Of a stretch of DNA of 64,000 nt, positions 28,379-40,468 are shown in pieces. The translations under genes and the position numbers were made by a program. Every line of letters begins with the position of its first letter. Position 1 is the first letter of the stretch. This DNA comes from Anaeromyxobacter sp. (GTDB lineage: Bacteria; Myxococcota; Myxococcia; Myxococcales; Anaeromyxobacteraceae). The notes under the pieces were generated by a model that saw nothing but the letters and a program-made list of their open reading frames with translations, was not told where the DNA came from and made no database searches. The stretch lies in the NCBI GenBank assembly GCA_049840735.1, contig JASGJN010000007.1, positions 64,001 through 128,000 of the forward strand, given 5' to 3'.

Positions 28379-29470
28379 GTGTCCTGGCTCTCCCGCCTGC
28401 TTGGTCGCAAGACGCTGTCGGACGCCCTCCGGGAGGTCGAGGCGGAGACGCTGGCCGCCCCCGCGGCGCCGTCCGGCCCGAGGCTGCCCGACCGCCCCGA
28501 CGCCGCGCCCGAGGACTGGGCCGCCGCGCTGGGCGTGACGCTGGCGGTGCTGGAGGCCGCCGAGCCCGCGCCGCCCTCGCCGGCCGAGGTCGAGCTGGCG
28601 CAGGCCGTGCTGGCGCACTTCGACGCCCACCGGCCCGGGCCCGCCTCCTTCCCCTCCATCGCGCTCAAGATCCTCGACCTGGTGCGCGACCCCAGGGTGG
28701 ACGCCGGCGCGCTGGCCCGCAACATCGAGCAGGATCCGGCGCTGTCGGCGGGCGTGCTGGTGCTGGCCAACTCCGCCGTCTTCCGCGGGCTGGACAAGAT
28801 CGAGACGGTGCGCGAGGCGGTGACGCGGCTCGGGCTGGGCGAGGTGGCGCGGCTGGCGGCGGCGCTCTCGACGCGGTCGCTGTTCCGCGCCGGGGTGCGG
28901 GCCGAGTTCGAGCTCTTCGGTCCGGTCTGGAACCGGCTCTACTACCACGGGGCCACCGTGGCCCGCGCCGCCTCGGAGCTGGCCCGCGCGCGCCAGCTGG
29001 GCGAGCCGGACCGGGTCTTCCTGGGCGGCATGCTCCACGACGTGGGCAAGTCCATCGCGCTCCGCTCGGTGGCGGCGCTGGAGCTGGAGGACCGGATCCC
29101 GCGGCTGGAGGCGTCGGCGGTGGACCGGCTCCTGCACCAGGTGCACGTGCAGGTCGGGGCCGAGGCCCACCGCGAGTGGGGGCTGCCGCCGGGGCTGGCC
29201 AGCCTGGCCGAGTTCCACCACCTGCCGGAGATCGAGGCCGGGCCGGCGCAGGCCGAGCTGCACCTGGTGCGGCTGGTCTCGGCGCTGGAGCTGCACCGGT
29301 CCTCGCCGGGCATCTCGCCCAGCGCGCTCCCGGAGGCGCTGGACAGCGCCCGTGCGCTGGGGCTCGGCCCCGCGCGCGTGGCCGCGCTGCTCGCGACGCT
29401 GGCCGAGACCGGCGACTGGGTCCGGATGGTCTTCGGCGAGGAGTCCGGCGGGCCGGCCGCGGCGCGGTAG
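28379..29470 (+). CDS. Stand-alone HDOD domain protein
   Basis: FPSIALKI, IEQDPALSAGVLVLANSA, EAVTRLG, GMLHDVGK, WGLP...FHH. Confidence 0.85.
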   Translation: MSWLSRLLGRKTLSDALREVEAETLAAPAAPSGPRLPDRPDAAPEDWAAALGVTLAVLEAAEPAPPSPAEVELAQAVLAHFDAHRPGPASFPSIALKILDLVRDPRVDAGALARNIEQDPALSAGVLVLANSAVFRGLDKIETVREAVTRLGLGEVARLAAALSTRSLFRAGVRAEFELFGPVWNRLYYHGATVARAASELARARQLGEPDRVFLGGMLHDVGKSIALRSVAALELEDRIPRLEASAVDRLLHQVHVQVGAEAHREWGLPPGLASLAEFHHLPEIEAGPAQAELHLVRLVSALELHRSSPGISPSALPEALDSARALGLGPARVAALLATLAETGDWVRMVFGEESGGPAAAR

Positions 29471-29471
29471 C

Positions 29472-31145
<1,674 letters not shown>

Positions 31146-31402
31146 GCCTCCCGCTTAGCGCGCGCGCGCCGCGCCGTCTGCGGCTCGGGCGGGCGCGCAC
31201 CACACGTCGGGCAAGGTGAGCGTCTGGAGCAGGGATATCGGGGGAGGCGCCCGGGGAACGCCCGATCGGCGGGTCTGCGTCCCAGGTTCGTGTGGCAGTC
31301 ACCGGCGCGCACGCCCGGGCGAGCGCGGCAGAGTGGTATCGCTCGATCGCGCGAATTGGCCCGTTCTTGCGTGCGTGCTCGACACGCCGGTAGGATCCGC
31401 GC

Positions 31403-32806
31403 GTGAAATTCTCCTGCGAGCGGTGCGGAAAGCGCTACGCGACCGCGGACGTCCCGATCCCGGGTCGCGTCTACAAGCTGAAGTGCAAGGCGTGCGGCCA
31501 CCTCATCGTGGTGAGGGGCTCCGCGGCCGGAACGGTCACCCCCGAACCCTCGGCGCCGCCGAGCGCGGCGCCTCCTCCGCCCGCGCCGCCTCCGGCCGCG
31601 GTCGAGGCGCCCCGGCCGCCGCCGGTGGTCCCGGCCGCGCCGCCGATCGCGGCGCCGAGGCCGACGCCCGTCCCGCCGGCCGCGCCGGCGCCGGTCTTCG
31701 CTCCTCCGCCGGTGGTGGCCGAGCCGCCGCCTCCCCCGCCGCCTCCGGTCTTCACGCCGCCGGTGTTCGCCAGGGCCGAGCCGATCGCGGAGCCGCCGCC
31801 TCCTCCGCCGCCGGCGCCGGCGCCCGCGCGACCGGCGCCGCTCTCCGACGACGACTTCGTCCCGCCGCCCGCGCCGGAGGGCAGCGGCTACGTGGACCTG
31901 TTCGCCGACGGCGGCGCCAGCACCGCGCTGCCGCTCTCCCCGCCGCCGGCCGCCGAGCCGGCCTTCAAGGCGGCCAGCAAGCCGGAGCCCAAGGCAGAGC
32001 CGGTCCCCGACACCTCCGCGCCGCTCCGCGCGCCGCGCATCCCGGAGATCGCCAAGCCGGAGAAGTCCACCGGCCGCCCGCTGCTGCCGGTGGCCATCGG
32101 CCTGGTGCTGCTGCTGGTGGCGCTGATGGTGGTCGCGGTGATCAAGTTCACCGGCGGCGAGCCGGCGAAGCCCCCGCCGGCCAGGCCCGTGGTGGTCGCG
32201 CCGGAGAAGAAGCCCGAGCCGCCGCCTGCGGTGGTGACGCCGCCGGCGGAGCCGCCGGTGGTGGCGCAGGCCGAGCCGGCGCCCGAGGTGAAGCCGGAGG
32301 TCAAGGCCGAGCCGCCCAGGCCCGAGGTGAAGGAGGAGCCCAAGGCCACCAAGCCGCCCAAGGTGGCCGCGGTCGCGCCCGCCAGGAAGCCGGACCCCAA
32401 GAAGAAGCCCGAGGCGGGCAAGGCCGAGCCGGTGGCCGCCGCGGGCGCCGCCGAGCAGGCGGCGCCGACGGAGCCGGAGTGGGAGGACGCCGACCAGCCG
32501 GCCGGCGACAACAAGCTCACGCAGGACGAGATCCAGCGCGTGCTGGCCTCCCGCAAGAAGGCCTTCGACGCCTGTCTGGCCAACCCGTCGCGCGGCCTGG
32601 ACACGCCGCTGGGCGCCCGGAAGGTCCTGCTGCGCTTCACGGTGCAGTCGGCCGGGACCGTCGGGTACCCGAACATCGACGACGTGACCGTCAGCAACGC
32701 GCCGGTCGGCACCTGCCTCAAGAACGTGGTGAAGGGCATCACCTTCCCGGCGTTCCGCGGCGATCCGGTGAAGTCGGAGCTGGCGATCGCGATCCCGGCG
32801 TCGTAG
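31403..32806 (+). CDS. Zinc-ribbon / Pro-rich / TM / TonB-C-like (AgmX/GltJ-type C-terminus) protein
   Basis: MKFSCERCGKRY..KCKACGH; long Pro-rich linker; TM VAIGLVLLLVALMVVAVI; LTQDEIQRV..FDAC..FTVQSAG..VGTCL..ITFPAFRG. Confidence 0.8.
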   Translation: MKFSCERCGKRYATADVPIPGRVYKLKCKACGHLIVVRGSAAGTVTPEPSAPPSAAPPPPAPPPAAVEAPRPPPVVPAAPPIAAPRPTPVPPAAPAPVFAPPPVVAEPPPPPPPPVFTPPVFARAEPIAEPPPPPPPAPAPARPAPLSDDDFVPPPAPEGSGYVDLFADGGASTALPLSPPPAAEPAFKAASKPEPKAEPVPDTSAPLRAPRIPEIAKPEKSTGRPLLPVAIGLVLLLVALMVVAVIKFTGGEPAKPPPARPVVVAPEKKPEPPPAVVTPPAEPPVVAQAEPAPEVKPEVKAEPPRPEVKEEPKATKPPKVAAVAPARKPDPKKKPEAGKAEPVAAAGAAEQAAPTEPEWEDADQPAGDNKLTQDEIQRVLASRKKAFDACLANPSRGLDTPLGARKVLLRFTVQSAGTVGYPNIDDVTVSNAPVGTCLKNVVKGITFPAFRGDPVKSELAIAIPAS

Positions 32807-32833
32807 CAGGCCGGGACGGGCCTCGCCCCAGGT

Positions 32834-32879
32834 TGAAGCGCGCCGCTCGCTCCTCACGGAGCGGGCGGTTCGCGCTTCA
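32834..32879. terminator. Long hairpin between convergent genes (possible terminator)
   Basis: tgaagcgcg-ccgctcgctcc-tcac-ggagcgggcgg-tt-cgcgcttca; no clear U-tract. Confidence 0.45.
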
Positions 32880-32919
32880 GGCGAAGACGCCGGCCGCGGT
32901 CGACGGGGTGGGGGCCCCT

Positions 32920-33229
32920 GCGAAGCAGGGGGAGGGGCGCCCTTCGACTCCGCGGCGCTTCGCGCCGCTACGCTCAGGGTGAACGGCCGCGGTAGGCCCA
33001 GGCCCCGCGCAGCAGGGGTGGGGCCCCGACGGCTCCGCCGGCGGGGCGGGGCGCAGCCGCGCGTGCGGCACGCAGGGAGGGGCTCCCAGCGAAGCTGGGG
33101 GAGGGGCGCCCCTCGACTCCGCGGCGCTTCGCGCCGCTACGCTCAGGGTGAACGGCCGCGGTAGGCCCAGGCCCCGCGCAGCAGGGGTGGGGCCCCGACG
33201 GCTCCGCCGGCGGGGCGGGGGGCGCAGCC
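32920..33229. repeat. Tandem duplicated composite REP (BIME-like) unit, period 169 bp
   Basis: 32920-33058 is near-identical to 33089-33229; each unit contains the tcgac...ctacgctcagggtgaacgg repeat plus further GC-rich palindromes. Confidence 0.85.
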
Positions 33230-33233
33230 CCCG

Positions 33234-36200
33234 TCAGAAATGTATCGCCTGCGCGCTCGCCGTGGCCGCCAGCGCCTGCTCCCGCCAGGCCGCGCCGTCG
33301 AGCTTCTCGGCCAGCAGCACCGCCAGGTGGACCGGGCGGGCGCCATGGGAGGCGCTGCGCCCCAGCCCCTGCAGGCAGGAGGGGCAGTTGGTGACGATGC
33401 GCCGGCCCGGCTCGGCCGCCACGGCCGGCGCCAGCGCCGCGCGCTTGCGGTGGAGCATGGCGTCGGTGATGTCCGGCCGGGAGAGGGCCAGCGTCCCCGC
33501 CTCGGAGCAGCAGTGGGGCACGGCCTCGACGCGCCCCACGCCGCCCAGCGCCGTCATGACCGCGCCGGCCTTGCCGTCGAGCGAGTCGTGGCAGGGGGCG
33601 TGATAGAGCACCGGCTCGGCGCCCTCGACCCGCAGCCCGCGCTCCTGCACGTAGCGGGCGATGTCCACCACCCGCCCGCCGAAGAGCGCGCCCACCTCCA
33701 TCTGCTCCAGCCCCTCGCGGCAGGTGCCGCAGGTGACCACGCAGCCGTCGAAGGTCAGGTAGGCGAACATGTCGCGCAGCTGGCTGAACAGGATGGTGTC
33801 CTGCAGCACCACCCGGGCGTGCTGCTCGGAGCGGCCGTTGGCGTGGACCGGGAAGCCGCAGCACAGGAACGGCGGCGGCAGGATCACGCGGGTGCGGCTC
33901 CGCAGGAGCAGGTGGAGCGCCGCCAGCGCCACGTCGGACTGGAGCCGCTCCGAGCCGCAGCCGGGGAAGTAGAAGACCGACCGCTCGGCGGCCTGGGCCG
34001 GCTCCAGCACCAGCGCCTGGTCCGGCCCGCAGGCCGGGAGCAGGTCGCGCAGCGTCCGGGCCGGGGCCGGCGCCACCGGCGAGCGGAGCAGCTGGAGCGG
34101 GTAGGGGGCGCTGCGGGCGTCCTCCGGCTGCAGCGGCGCGGTGACGGCGCAGGCGGCGCGCTGCACCGCCCCGCCGAGCTGGACCAGCCCGGCGCGCATG
34201 ACCTTGTTCACCGCCGGCGAGCGCGAGCCGAGGTAGCGGAGCGTGGCGCGGGTGGCGGGCGAGGTGTGCTTGTAGCCGAAGTCGAGCAGGATCTCCCGCT
34301 CCAGCACGCTCACCTCACCGCTGTCGATCTTGACCGGGCAGGGCTCCAGGCACTTGTGGCAGATGGTGCAGTGGTCGGCCACCTCCTCCAGCCAGCGCAA
34401 GAGCTCGAAGCGCGTGGTGCGGGCGCGCTGGGCGTCGTAGAGCAGCGCCTCGATCAGCGCGCCGATGGCCAGGTTCTTGTTGCGCGGGTTGAAGAAGAGC
34501 GCGCGCGCCGGGTGGTGGACGCAGCAGTCCGGCTTGCACTTGCCGCAGCGGACGCAGTGGGCGATGGCCCTGGCCAGCCGCTCCAGGTTGCCGTGCTGGA
34601 GGATGCGGGCCTCCAGCTCCAGCAGGTTGAAGGAGGGGGTGAAGACGCGCTCCAGGACGTCCAGGTCCTCGAGCTTGCCCGGGTTCATGAGGCCGGCCGG
34701 GTCCACCTCGCGCCGGTGCGCGGCCAGGGCGGCGATGCGCTCCGGCTCCAGGTACTTGAGCTTGGTGATGCCGATGCCGTGCTCGCCGGAGACCACGCCG
34801 CCCAGCCGGACCACCTCGGCCATGACGCGGTCGATGACCCCCTCCACCCGCCGCAGCATCTCGCGGTCGTTGGAGAGCACCGGCACGTTCACGTGCACGT
34901 TGCCGTCGCCGGCGTGCATGTGGGTGGCCAGCACTACCCGCCGCTCGCGCACGTGGGCGTGGGCCTTCTCCAGGGCGCCTGCCAGGCCGGGCGCGCCGTG
35001 CAGGAGCCCGTCCAGCCCGCCCCGCAGCCCGTCCAGCAGCGCCAGGCTGCGCAGCTCGGCCGGGCCCGCCGCCGCCAGGGCCTGGCGCGCCTGCTGGCAG
35101 CGCTCCAGCGCGGCCGGGGCCCGCTCCCCCACCCAGCCGGCGTCGTCGCCGCGCGGCGGCGCCGCGCGGAGCAGCGCCTCGGCCCGCTCCACGAAGGCCA
35201 GCTGGGCGTGGCGCTCCTCCTCCACGTTGGCGGCCTCGACCCAGCGGGCGAAGGGGGCCAGCTGGTCCAGGGGCAGGACCACGTCCTCGTTCATCTTGAA
35301 GGCGTTGGTCCGCTTGGCGATGGCCCCCAGCCGCTTGCGGTCCAGCCAGAAGCGCTTGGCCTCGGCCGCGTCGCGCGCCTCGAAGAGCAGCGTGTTGGGG
35401 TGGTGCGCCAGCACCTCGCGCAGCCGCGCCACGCCGGCGTCCGCCTGCGCCTCGTCGTGGCCGGCCAGGTCCACCAGCAGCACGGCCTGGGGCACGTCCG
35501 CCCGCGCCGCCTTGACGCGGTAGTCGATGGCCCGGACGTACTCGCGATCGAAGTGCTCCAGCGCGGTGAGCGCCTCGCGCCCCTGGTTGGGGAACGGGAA
35601 GGCGCGCGCCAGCTCCAGGATCACCTCGCTGGCCTCGTCGAAGTCCGGGCCGAAGAACTCCAGGCAGACCGTGCGCCGGGCCGGGTACTGGCGGTGCAGG
35701 ATGAACTCGGCCGAGGTGATGACGCCGTCGGTCCCCTCCTTCTGCAGGCCGGGGACGCCGCCCAGCGCCTTGTCGGTGATGTCCTTCCACAGGCCGCGCT
35801 TGCGGATCTCGCTCCCGCGCAGCGCCACCGTCCTGAGCGGCCGCCCGGCCTCGTCCTCGACCGCGAACGTGACCGTGTCGTCGGGCAGGATCTTGCGCAG
35901 GCGGTGATCGGTCCGCCGCACCGTCCAGCGCTGGCCGGAGGGCATGGCCATGCGCCAGGAGAGCAGGTTGTCGATGCAGGTGCCCCACTGCACGCAGTCC
36001 TTGCCGCCGGCGTTCTCGGCGATGTTGCCGCCGATGGTGCAGGCCCAGGCGCTGGTGGGGTCGGTGGCGAAGACCAGGCCGTGCTCGGCCGCGTGCTCCA
36101 TGGCCTTCTCGGTGACCACGCCGGCCTCCAGCTCCAGCACGGCCGCCTCGGCGGCGCCGCCGTCCGGCAGCTCGAAGCGGCGGGTGGTGAGGGCGCGGAC

Positions 36201-36863
36201 GCGGTCCAGCCGCTCGGTGTTGACGACCACGCAGTCGGGCCGGAGCGGGACGGCGCCGCCGGTCAGCCCGGTGCCGCCGCCGCGCGGGACGGCCTTGAGC
36301 CCCAGCCGCGCGATGGCGGCCAGCAGCGGCGCGACCTGCGCCTCCTCGGCCGGGAAGGCCACCGCCACCGGCAGGTGGAGGCGCCAGTCGGTGGCGTCGG
36401 TGGCGTGGGAGACCAGCGTGAAGGGGTCGAAGCGGACGCCGTCCTTGCCGATCACCGCGCCCAGCTCGCGCTGCAGGCGGCGGCGCAGCCCGGGGGCGCC
36501 CTCGACCTGGGCGCGGAAGCCGGCCGCCAGGGTGCGGCAGCGCCCCAGCACGTCCATCACCAGCGCCTCGCCCTGCGCGTTGCGCTCGACGAGCGAGAGG
36601 TCGGTCTCGACCTGGCGCAGGAAGCGGCGGCGGCGGCGCGGGGACTCGACCAGCTCCTGGAAGAGGAAGGGGTTGCGGCGGTGGATCAGGATCTCGCCGA
36701 AGAAGCGCATCAGCAGCCGGGCGCTCCGCCCGGTGACCCGCCGCGCCCGCAGGGCCTCCAGCTGGGCCCAGACCTCGGCGCCGAGCAGCTCGGCGATGGC
36801 CTGGTGGTCATCTGCCGAGGTGTAGTTGAAGGGGATCTCGCGGTGCGTGGCGGCGTGCGTCAT
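33234..36863 (-). CDS. DUF3683 / FAD-linked oxidase / Fe-S (CCG domain) oxidoreductase (GlcDF or lactate dehydrogenase-like fusion)
   Basis: REIPFNYTS, PRGGGTGLTGG, TIGGNIAENAGG, HAGDGNVHVN, SGEHGIG, CVRCGKC, CTICHKCLEPCP, CCG motifs. Confidence 0.9.
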   Translation of the reverse strand: MTHAATHREIPFNYTSADDHQAIAELLGAEVWAQLEALRARRVTGRSARLLMRFFGEILIHRRNPFLFQELVESPRRRRRFLRQVETDLSLVERNAQGEALVMDVLGRCRTLAAGFRAQVEGAPGLRRRLQRELGAVIGKDGVRFDPFTLVSHATDATDWRLHLPVAVAFPAEEAQVAPLLAAIARLGLKAVPRGGGTGLTGGAVPLRPDCVVVNTERLDRVRALTTRRFELPDGGAAEAAVLELEAGVVTEKAMEHAAEHGLVFATDPTSAWACTIGGNIAENAGGKDCVQWGTCIDNLLSWRMAMPSGQRWTVRRTDHRLRKILPDDTVTFAVEDEAGRPLRTVALRGSEIRKRGLWKDITDKALGGVPGLQKEGTDGVITSAEFILHRQYPARRTVCLEFFGPDFDEASEVILELARAFPFPNQGREALTALEHFDREYVRAIDYRVKAARADVPQAVLLVDLAGHDEAQADAGVARLREVLAHHPNTLLFEARDAAEAKRFWLDRKRLGAIAKRTNAFKMNEDVVLPLDQLAPFARWVEAANVEEERHAQLAFVERAEALLRAAPPRGDDAGWVGERAPAALERCQQARQALAAAGPAELRSLALLDGLRGGLDGLLHGAPGLAGALEKAHAHVRERRVVLATHMHAGDGNVHVNVPVLSNDREMLRRVEGVIDRVMAEVVRLGGVVSGEHGIGITKLKYLEPERIAALAAHRREVDPAGLMNPGKLEDLDVLERVFTPSFNLLELEARILQHGNLERLARAIAHCVRCGKCKPDCCVHHPARALFFNPRNKNLAIGALIEALLYDAQRARTTRFELLRWLEEVADHCTICHKCLEPCPVKIDSGEVSVLEREILLDFGYKHTSPATRATLRYLGSRSPAVNKVMRAGLVQLGGAVQRAACAVTAPLQPEDARSAPYPLQLLRSPVAPAPARTLRDLLPACGPDQALVLEPAQAAERSVFYFPGCGSERLQSDVALAALHLLLRSRTRVILPPPFLCCGFPVHANGRSEQHARVVLQDTILFSQLRDMFAYLTFDGCVVTCGTCREGLEQMEVGALFGGRVVDIARYVQERGLRVEGAEPVLYHAPCHDSLDGKAGAVMTALGGVGRVEAVPHCCSEAGTLALSRPDITDAMLHRKRAALAPAVAAEPGRRIVTNCPSCLQGLGRSASHGARPVHLAVLLAEKLDGAAWREQALAATASAQAIHF

Positions 36864-37047
36864 CGAGCGTGTGCTCCGGCGTGAAGCGGGCGCACACGAT
36901 ATCAGCTTTCGCCCGCCCGGCACCCATCCGGTCCGCCGAGGAGGAGGCGGCACGCGGTCGCGGGGCCGCCTGGTCGCGGGGTCGTGGGATTTGCGTCCCG
37001 TGGCAAGGTGGGGCAAACGTTCGCTGGGCCTCTAGACCGAGGGAGAG

Positions 37048-37455
37048 ATGTCGGCCATCCGCTGGACACCCGCGCTCGCCGTGGGGCACGCCACCATCGA
37101 CGGGCAGCACCAGGAGCTGATCAGGCGGCTCAACGCCCTGCTGGCCGCCATGGCCGTCGGGAACCGGTCCGAGATCGAGCAGCTCTTCGAGTTCCTGGCC
37201 GAGTACGTGGTCGAGCACTTCTCCGCCGAGGAGAAGCTGATGCAGGACTCGAGCTTCCCCGGCTACAACGTGCACCGGTCGGCGCACGAGCGGTTCATCC
37301 GCGACTACGCCGGGCTGCGGAAGCTGTACCAGGAGACCGGCGCCACGGCGGCGGTGACCATCAAGGCCAAGACCTGGCTGGTGGACTGGCTGCAGGTGCA
37401 CATCGCCGGCACCGACGTGCAGCTGGCGAGGCACCTCAACGCCAGGCGCGCCTGA
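37048..37455 (+). CDS. Single-domain bacteriohemerythrin
   Basis: W...VGHATIDGQH, HFSAEE, HRSAH, WLQVHIAGTD iron-ligand pattern. Confidence 0.92.
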   Translation: MSAIRWTPALAVGHATIDGQHQELIRRLNALLAAMAVGNRSEIEQLFEFLAEYVVEHFSAEEKLMQDSSFPGYNVHRSAHERFIRDYAGLRKLYQETGATAAVTIKAKTWLVDWLQVHIAGTDVQLARHLNARRA

Positions 37456-37550
37456 GCGGGCGGGCGCACCCCGACCGAAACGCGGCGGCGCCGTGAAGGC
37501 GGCCGCCGCTTCCGTTATTTCACCCTCCGGACAACCTGCTCCGGAGCCCC

Positions 37551-39381
37551 ATGCCCACGTTCGCCCACGACAGCGCCGCCCACGCCCCGTCCGGCGTGGC
37601 GCAGCGGGTCAACGACTTCTCCCTCCAGGTCGCCACCGCCAACGGCTCGGGGTCGCAGAGCTCCAACGCGGTCCTGCTGCGCGCCATCTTCCGCATGGGC
37701 GTGCCGGTTCTCGGGCAAGAACCTCTTCCCCTCCAACATCGCCGGCCTGCCCACCTGGTACACGATCCGGGCCTCGGCCGACGGCTGGGTGGCGCGCAAG
37801 AAGGAGATCGACCTCCTCGTCGCCATGAACCCGGAGACGGCGCGCGAGGACGTGCTGGGGCTGCCGCCGGGCGCGGCGGTGGTGTACGACGCGCCGCTCG
37901 CGCTCTCCGGGCTGCGCGAGGACCTGGTCTTCTACGGGGTGCCGTTCGACCGCCTGGTCGAGCCGCTGAGCGGCGACGCCAAGCTGCGCAAGCTCTTGCG
38001 CAACATGGCCTACGTGGGCGTGCTGGCCCGGCTGCTGGAGATCGACCTGGCGGAGGTCGAGTCCGCCATCGGCAAGCAGTTCTCCGGCAAGGCCAGGGCG
38101 CGCGACCTGAACGTCGCCGCCGCCCGCGCCGGCTTCGAGGGCGCCGCCGGGCTGGAGAAGCGCGACGGGCTGCGGATCCGCCGCCTGGACCGGACCGCCG
38201 GGAAGGTGCTGGTGGACGGCAACAGCGCGGCGGCGCTGGGCGCGCTCTTCGGCGGCGTGACGGTGGTGGCCTGGTATCCCATCACGCCCTCCTCCTCGCT
38301 GGTGGAGACGCTGGCCGGCTACCTCCGCAGGTACCGCATGGGCGAGGACGGGAAGCCGACCTTCGCGGTGGTGCAGGCGGAGGACGAGCTGGCCGCGCTG
38401 GGCATGGCGCTGGGGGCCGGCTGGGCCGGCGCGCGGGCCATGACCGCCAGCGCGGGCCCCGGCCTCTCGCTGATGGCCGAGTTCGCCGGGCTGGGCTACT
38501 TCGCCGAGCTGCCGGCGGTGATCTTCGACGTGCAGCGCGTCGGCCCCTCCACCGGCCTGCCCACCCGCACCTCGCAGGGCGACGTGCTCTCCACCGCCTT
38601 CCTCTCCCACGGCGACACCCGCCACGTGCTGCTCTTCCCGGGCTCGGTGGAGGAGTGCTTCACCATGGGGGCGGAGGCCTTCGACCTGGCGGAGCGGCTG
38701 CAGACGCCGGTCTTCGTCATGACCGATCTCGACCTGGGCATGAACACCTGGATGGCCGACCCGTTCCCGTACCCGGACCGCCCGCTCGATCGCGGCAAGG
38801 TGCTGGATCGCGAGACGCTGGAGCGGATGGGCGGCTTCTCCCGCTACCGCGACGTGGACGGCGACGGGATCGGCTGGCGGACGCTGCCCGGCACGGAGCA
38901 CCCGCGGGCCGCCTACTTCACCCGCGGGACCGGGCACGACGAGCACGCCGCCTACAGCGAGAGCGGGCAGGTGTTCGAGCGCAACATGGCGCGGCTGGAG
39001 CGCAAGCTGGACGGGGCGCGGGCGCGCCTCCCGGCGCCGGTGCGCCTGGGGCGCGGCGCGCGGGTGGGCGTCATCGCCTACGGCTCCTCGGATCCGGCCG
39101 TGCGCGAGAGCCAGGCGCAGCTCCAGGCGGAGCACGGGCTGCAGGTGGACTACCTGCGGGTGCGCGGCTACCCGTTCGCCGCCGAGGTGGGGGCCTTCGT
39201 GGCCGAGCACGAGCGCACCTACGTGGTGGAGCAGAACCGGGACGGGCAGCTGGCGGCGCTGCTCAAGCTGGACCTGCCGCCGGGGCTGGTCCCGCGGCTC
39301 CGCTCCATCGCGCACATCACCGGCCTGCCGCTGGACGCCCGCTCGGTGACCGACGAGCTGTCCACGCAGGAGAGGAGCTGA
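37551..39381 (+). CDS. korA: 2-oxoacid:acceptor oxidoreductase alpha subunit; +1 indel at ~37709
   Basis: ATANGSGSQS, (G)KNLFPSNIAGLPTWY, WYPITPSS, QAEDE, GPGLSLM, DVQRVGPSTGLPT, VVEQNRDGQ. Confidence 0.9.
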
Positions 39382-39382
39382 C

Positions 39383-40429
39383 ATGACCACCCCCGCGACC
39401 CCGCCCGCCGGCGGCAAGGTGAACCGGCTGGGCCTGCCGCTGGCCGAGTACCGCGGCGGCAAGACCACGCTCTGCGCCGGCTGCGGCCACAACGCCATCT
39501 CCGAGCGGATCCTGGAGGCCATGTTCGAGATGGGCGTGCCGCCGGAGCGGGTGGCCAAGCTCTCCGGGATCGGCTGCTCCTCCAAGAGCCCGGCCTACTT
39601 CATGGGGCGCTCCCACGCCTTCAACGCGGTCCACGGGCGCATGCCCTCGGTGGCCACCGGGGCGGTGCTGGCCAACCGCGGGCTCCTGGCGCTGGGCGTC
39701 TCCGGCGACGGGGACAGCGCCTCCATCGGCATCGGCCAGTTCGTGCACGCCATGCGGCGCAACGTGCCCATGGTCTACGTCATCGAGGACAACGGCGTGT
39801 ACGGCCTCACCAAGGGGCAGTTCTCGGCCACCGCCGAGGCCGGCAGCAAGCTCAAGACCGGCGTGGTGAACGACCTGCCGGCGCTGGACGTCTGCGCACT
39901 GGCCATCCAGCTGGGCGCCACCTTCGTGGCCCGGTCCTTCTCCGGCGACAAGCGGCAGCTCTCGGCGCTGCTCAAGGCGGCGGTGGCCCACCGCGGCGTG
40001 GCCATGCTGGACGTGATCTCGCCCTGCGTGACCTTCAACGACCACGAGGGCTCCACCAAGTCCTACGCGTACATGAAGGAGCACGACGTGCCGCTGCACG
40101 AGCTCTCCTTCGTGCCGGCGCGCGAGGAGATCACCGTCGAGTACGCGCCGGGGGAGCGGGTCGAGGTGGCGCTGCACGACGGCTCGCGCCTGACCCTGCA
40201 CAAGCTGGAGGAGGGGTACGACCCGCGCGATCGGGTGCGGGCGGTGTCGCGCCTGATGGAGAGCGCGCAGGGCGGCGAGGTGCTGACCGGGCTGCTCTTC
40301 GTGGACGTGAAGGCTCCGTCCTTCCTCGACCTGCTGGGCCTGCCGGACGCGCCGCTGGCCGCGCTGCCGGAGGCGGCGGTGCGGCCTCCCCGCGCGGTGC
40401 TGGACGAGGTGATGGAGGGGCTCAAGTAG
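39383..40429 (+). CDS. korB: 2-oxoacid:acceptor oxidoreductase beta subunit (TPP-binding)
   Basis: CAGCGH, SGIGCS, HGR, GDGD..IG, DNGVYGLTKGQ.S, SPCVTFN. Confidence 0.92.
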   Translation: MTTPATPPAGGKVNRLGLPLAEYRGGKTTLCAGCGHNAISERILEAMFEMGVPPERVAKLSGIGCSSKSPAYFMGRSHAFNAVHGRMPSVATGAVLANRGLLALGVSGDGDSASIGIGQFVHAMRRNVPMVYVIEDNGVYGLTKGQFSATAEAGSKLKTGVVNDLPALDVCALAIQLGATFVARSFSGDKRQLSALLKAAVAHRGVAMLDVISPCVTFNDHEGSTKSYAYMKEHDVPLHELSFVPAREEITVEYAPGERVEVALHDGSRLTLHKLEEGYDPRDRVRAVSRLMESAQGGEVLTGLLFVDVKAPSFLDLLGLPDAPLAALPEAAVRPPRAVLDEVMEGLK

Positions 40430-40468
40430 CCGCTGGCGGCCGCCGGGAGGCTGGGATAGGACGGGCGC

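Noticed and set aside
32920..33229. Possible CRISPR array
   Set aside because: Only two long units, no unique spacers of regular length and no cas genes
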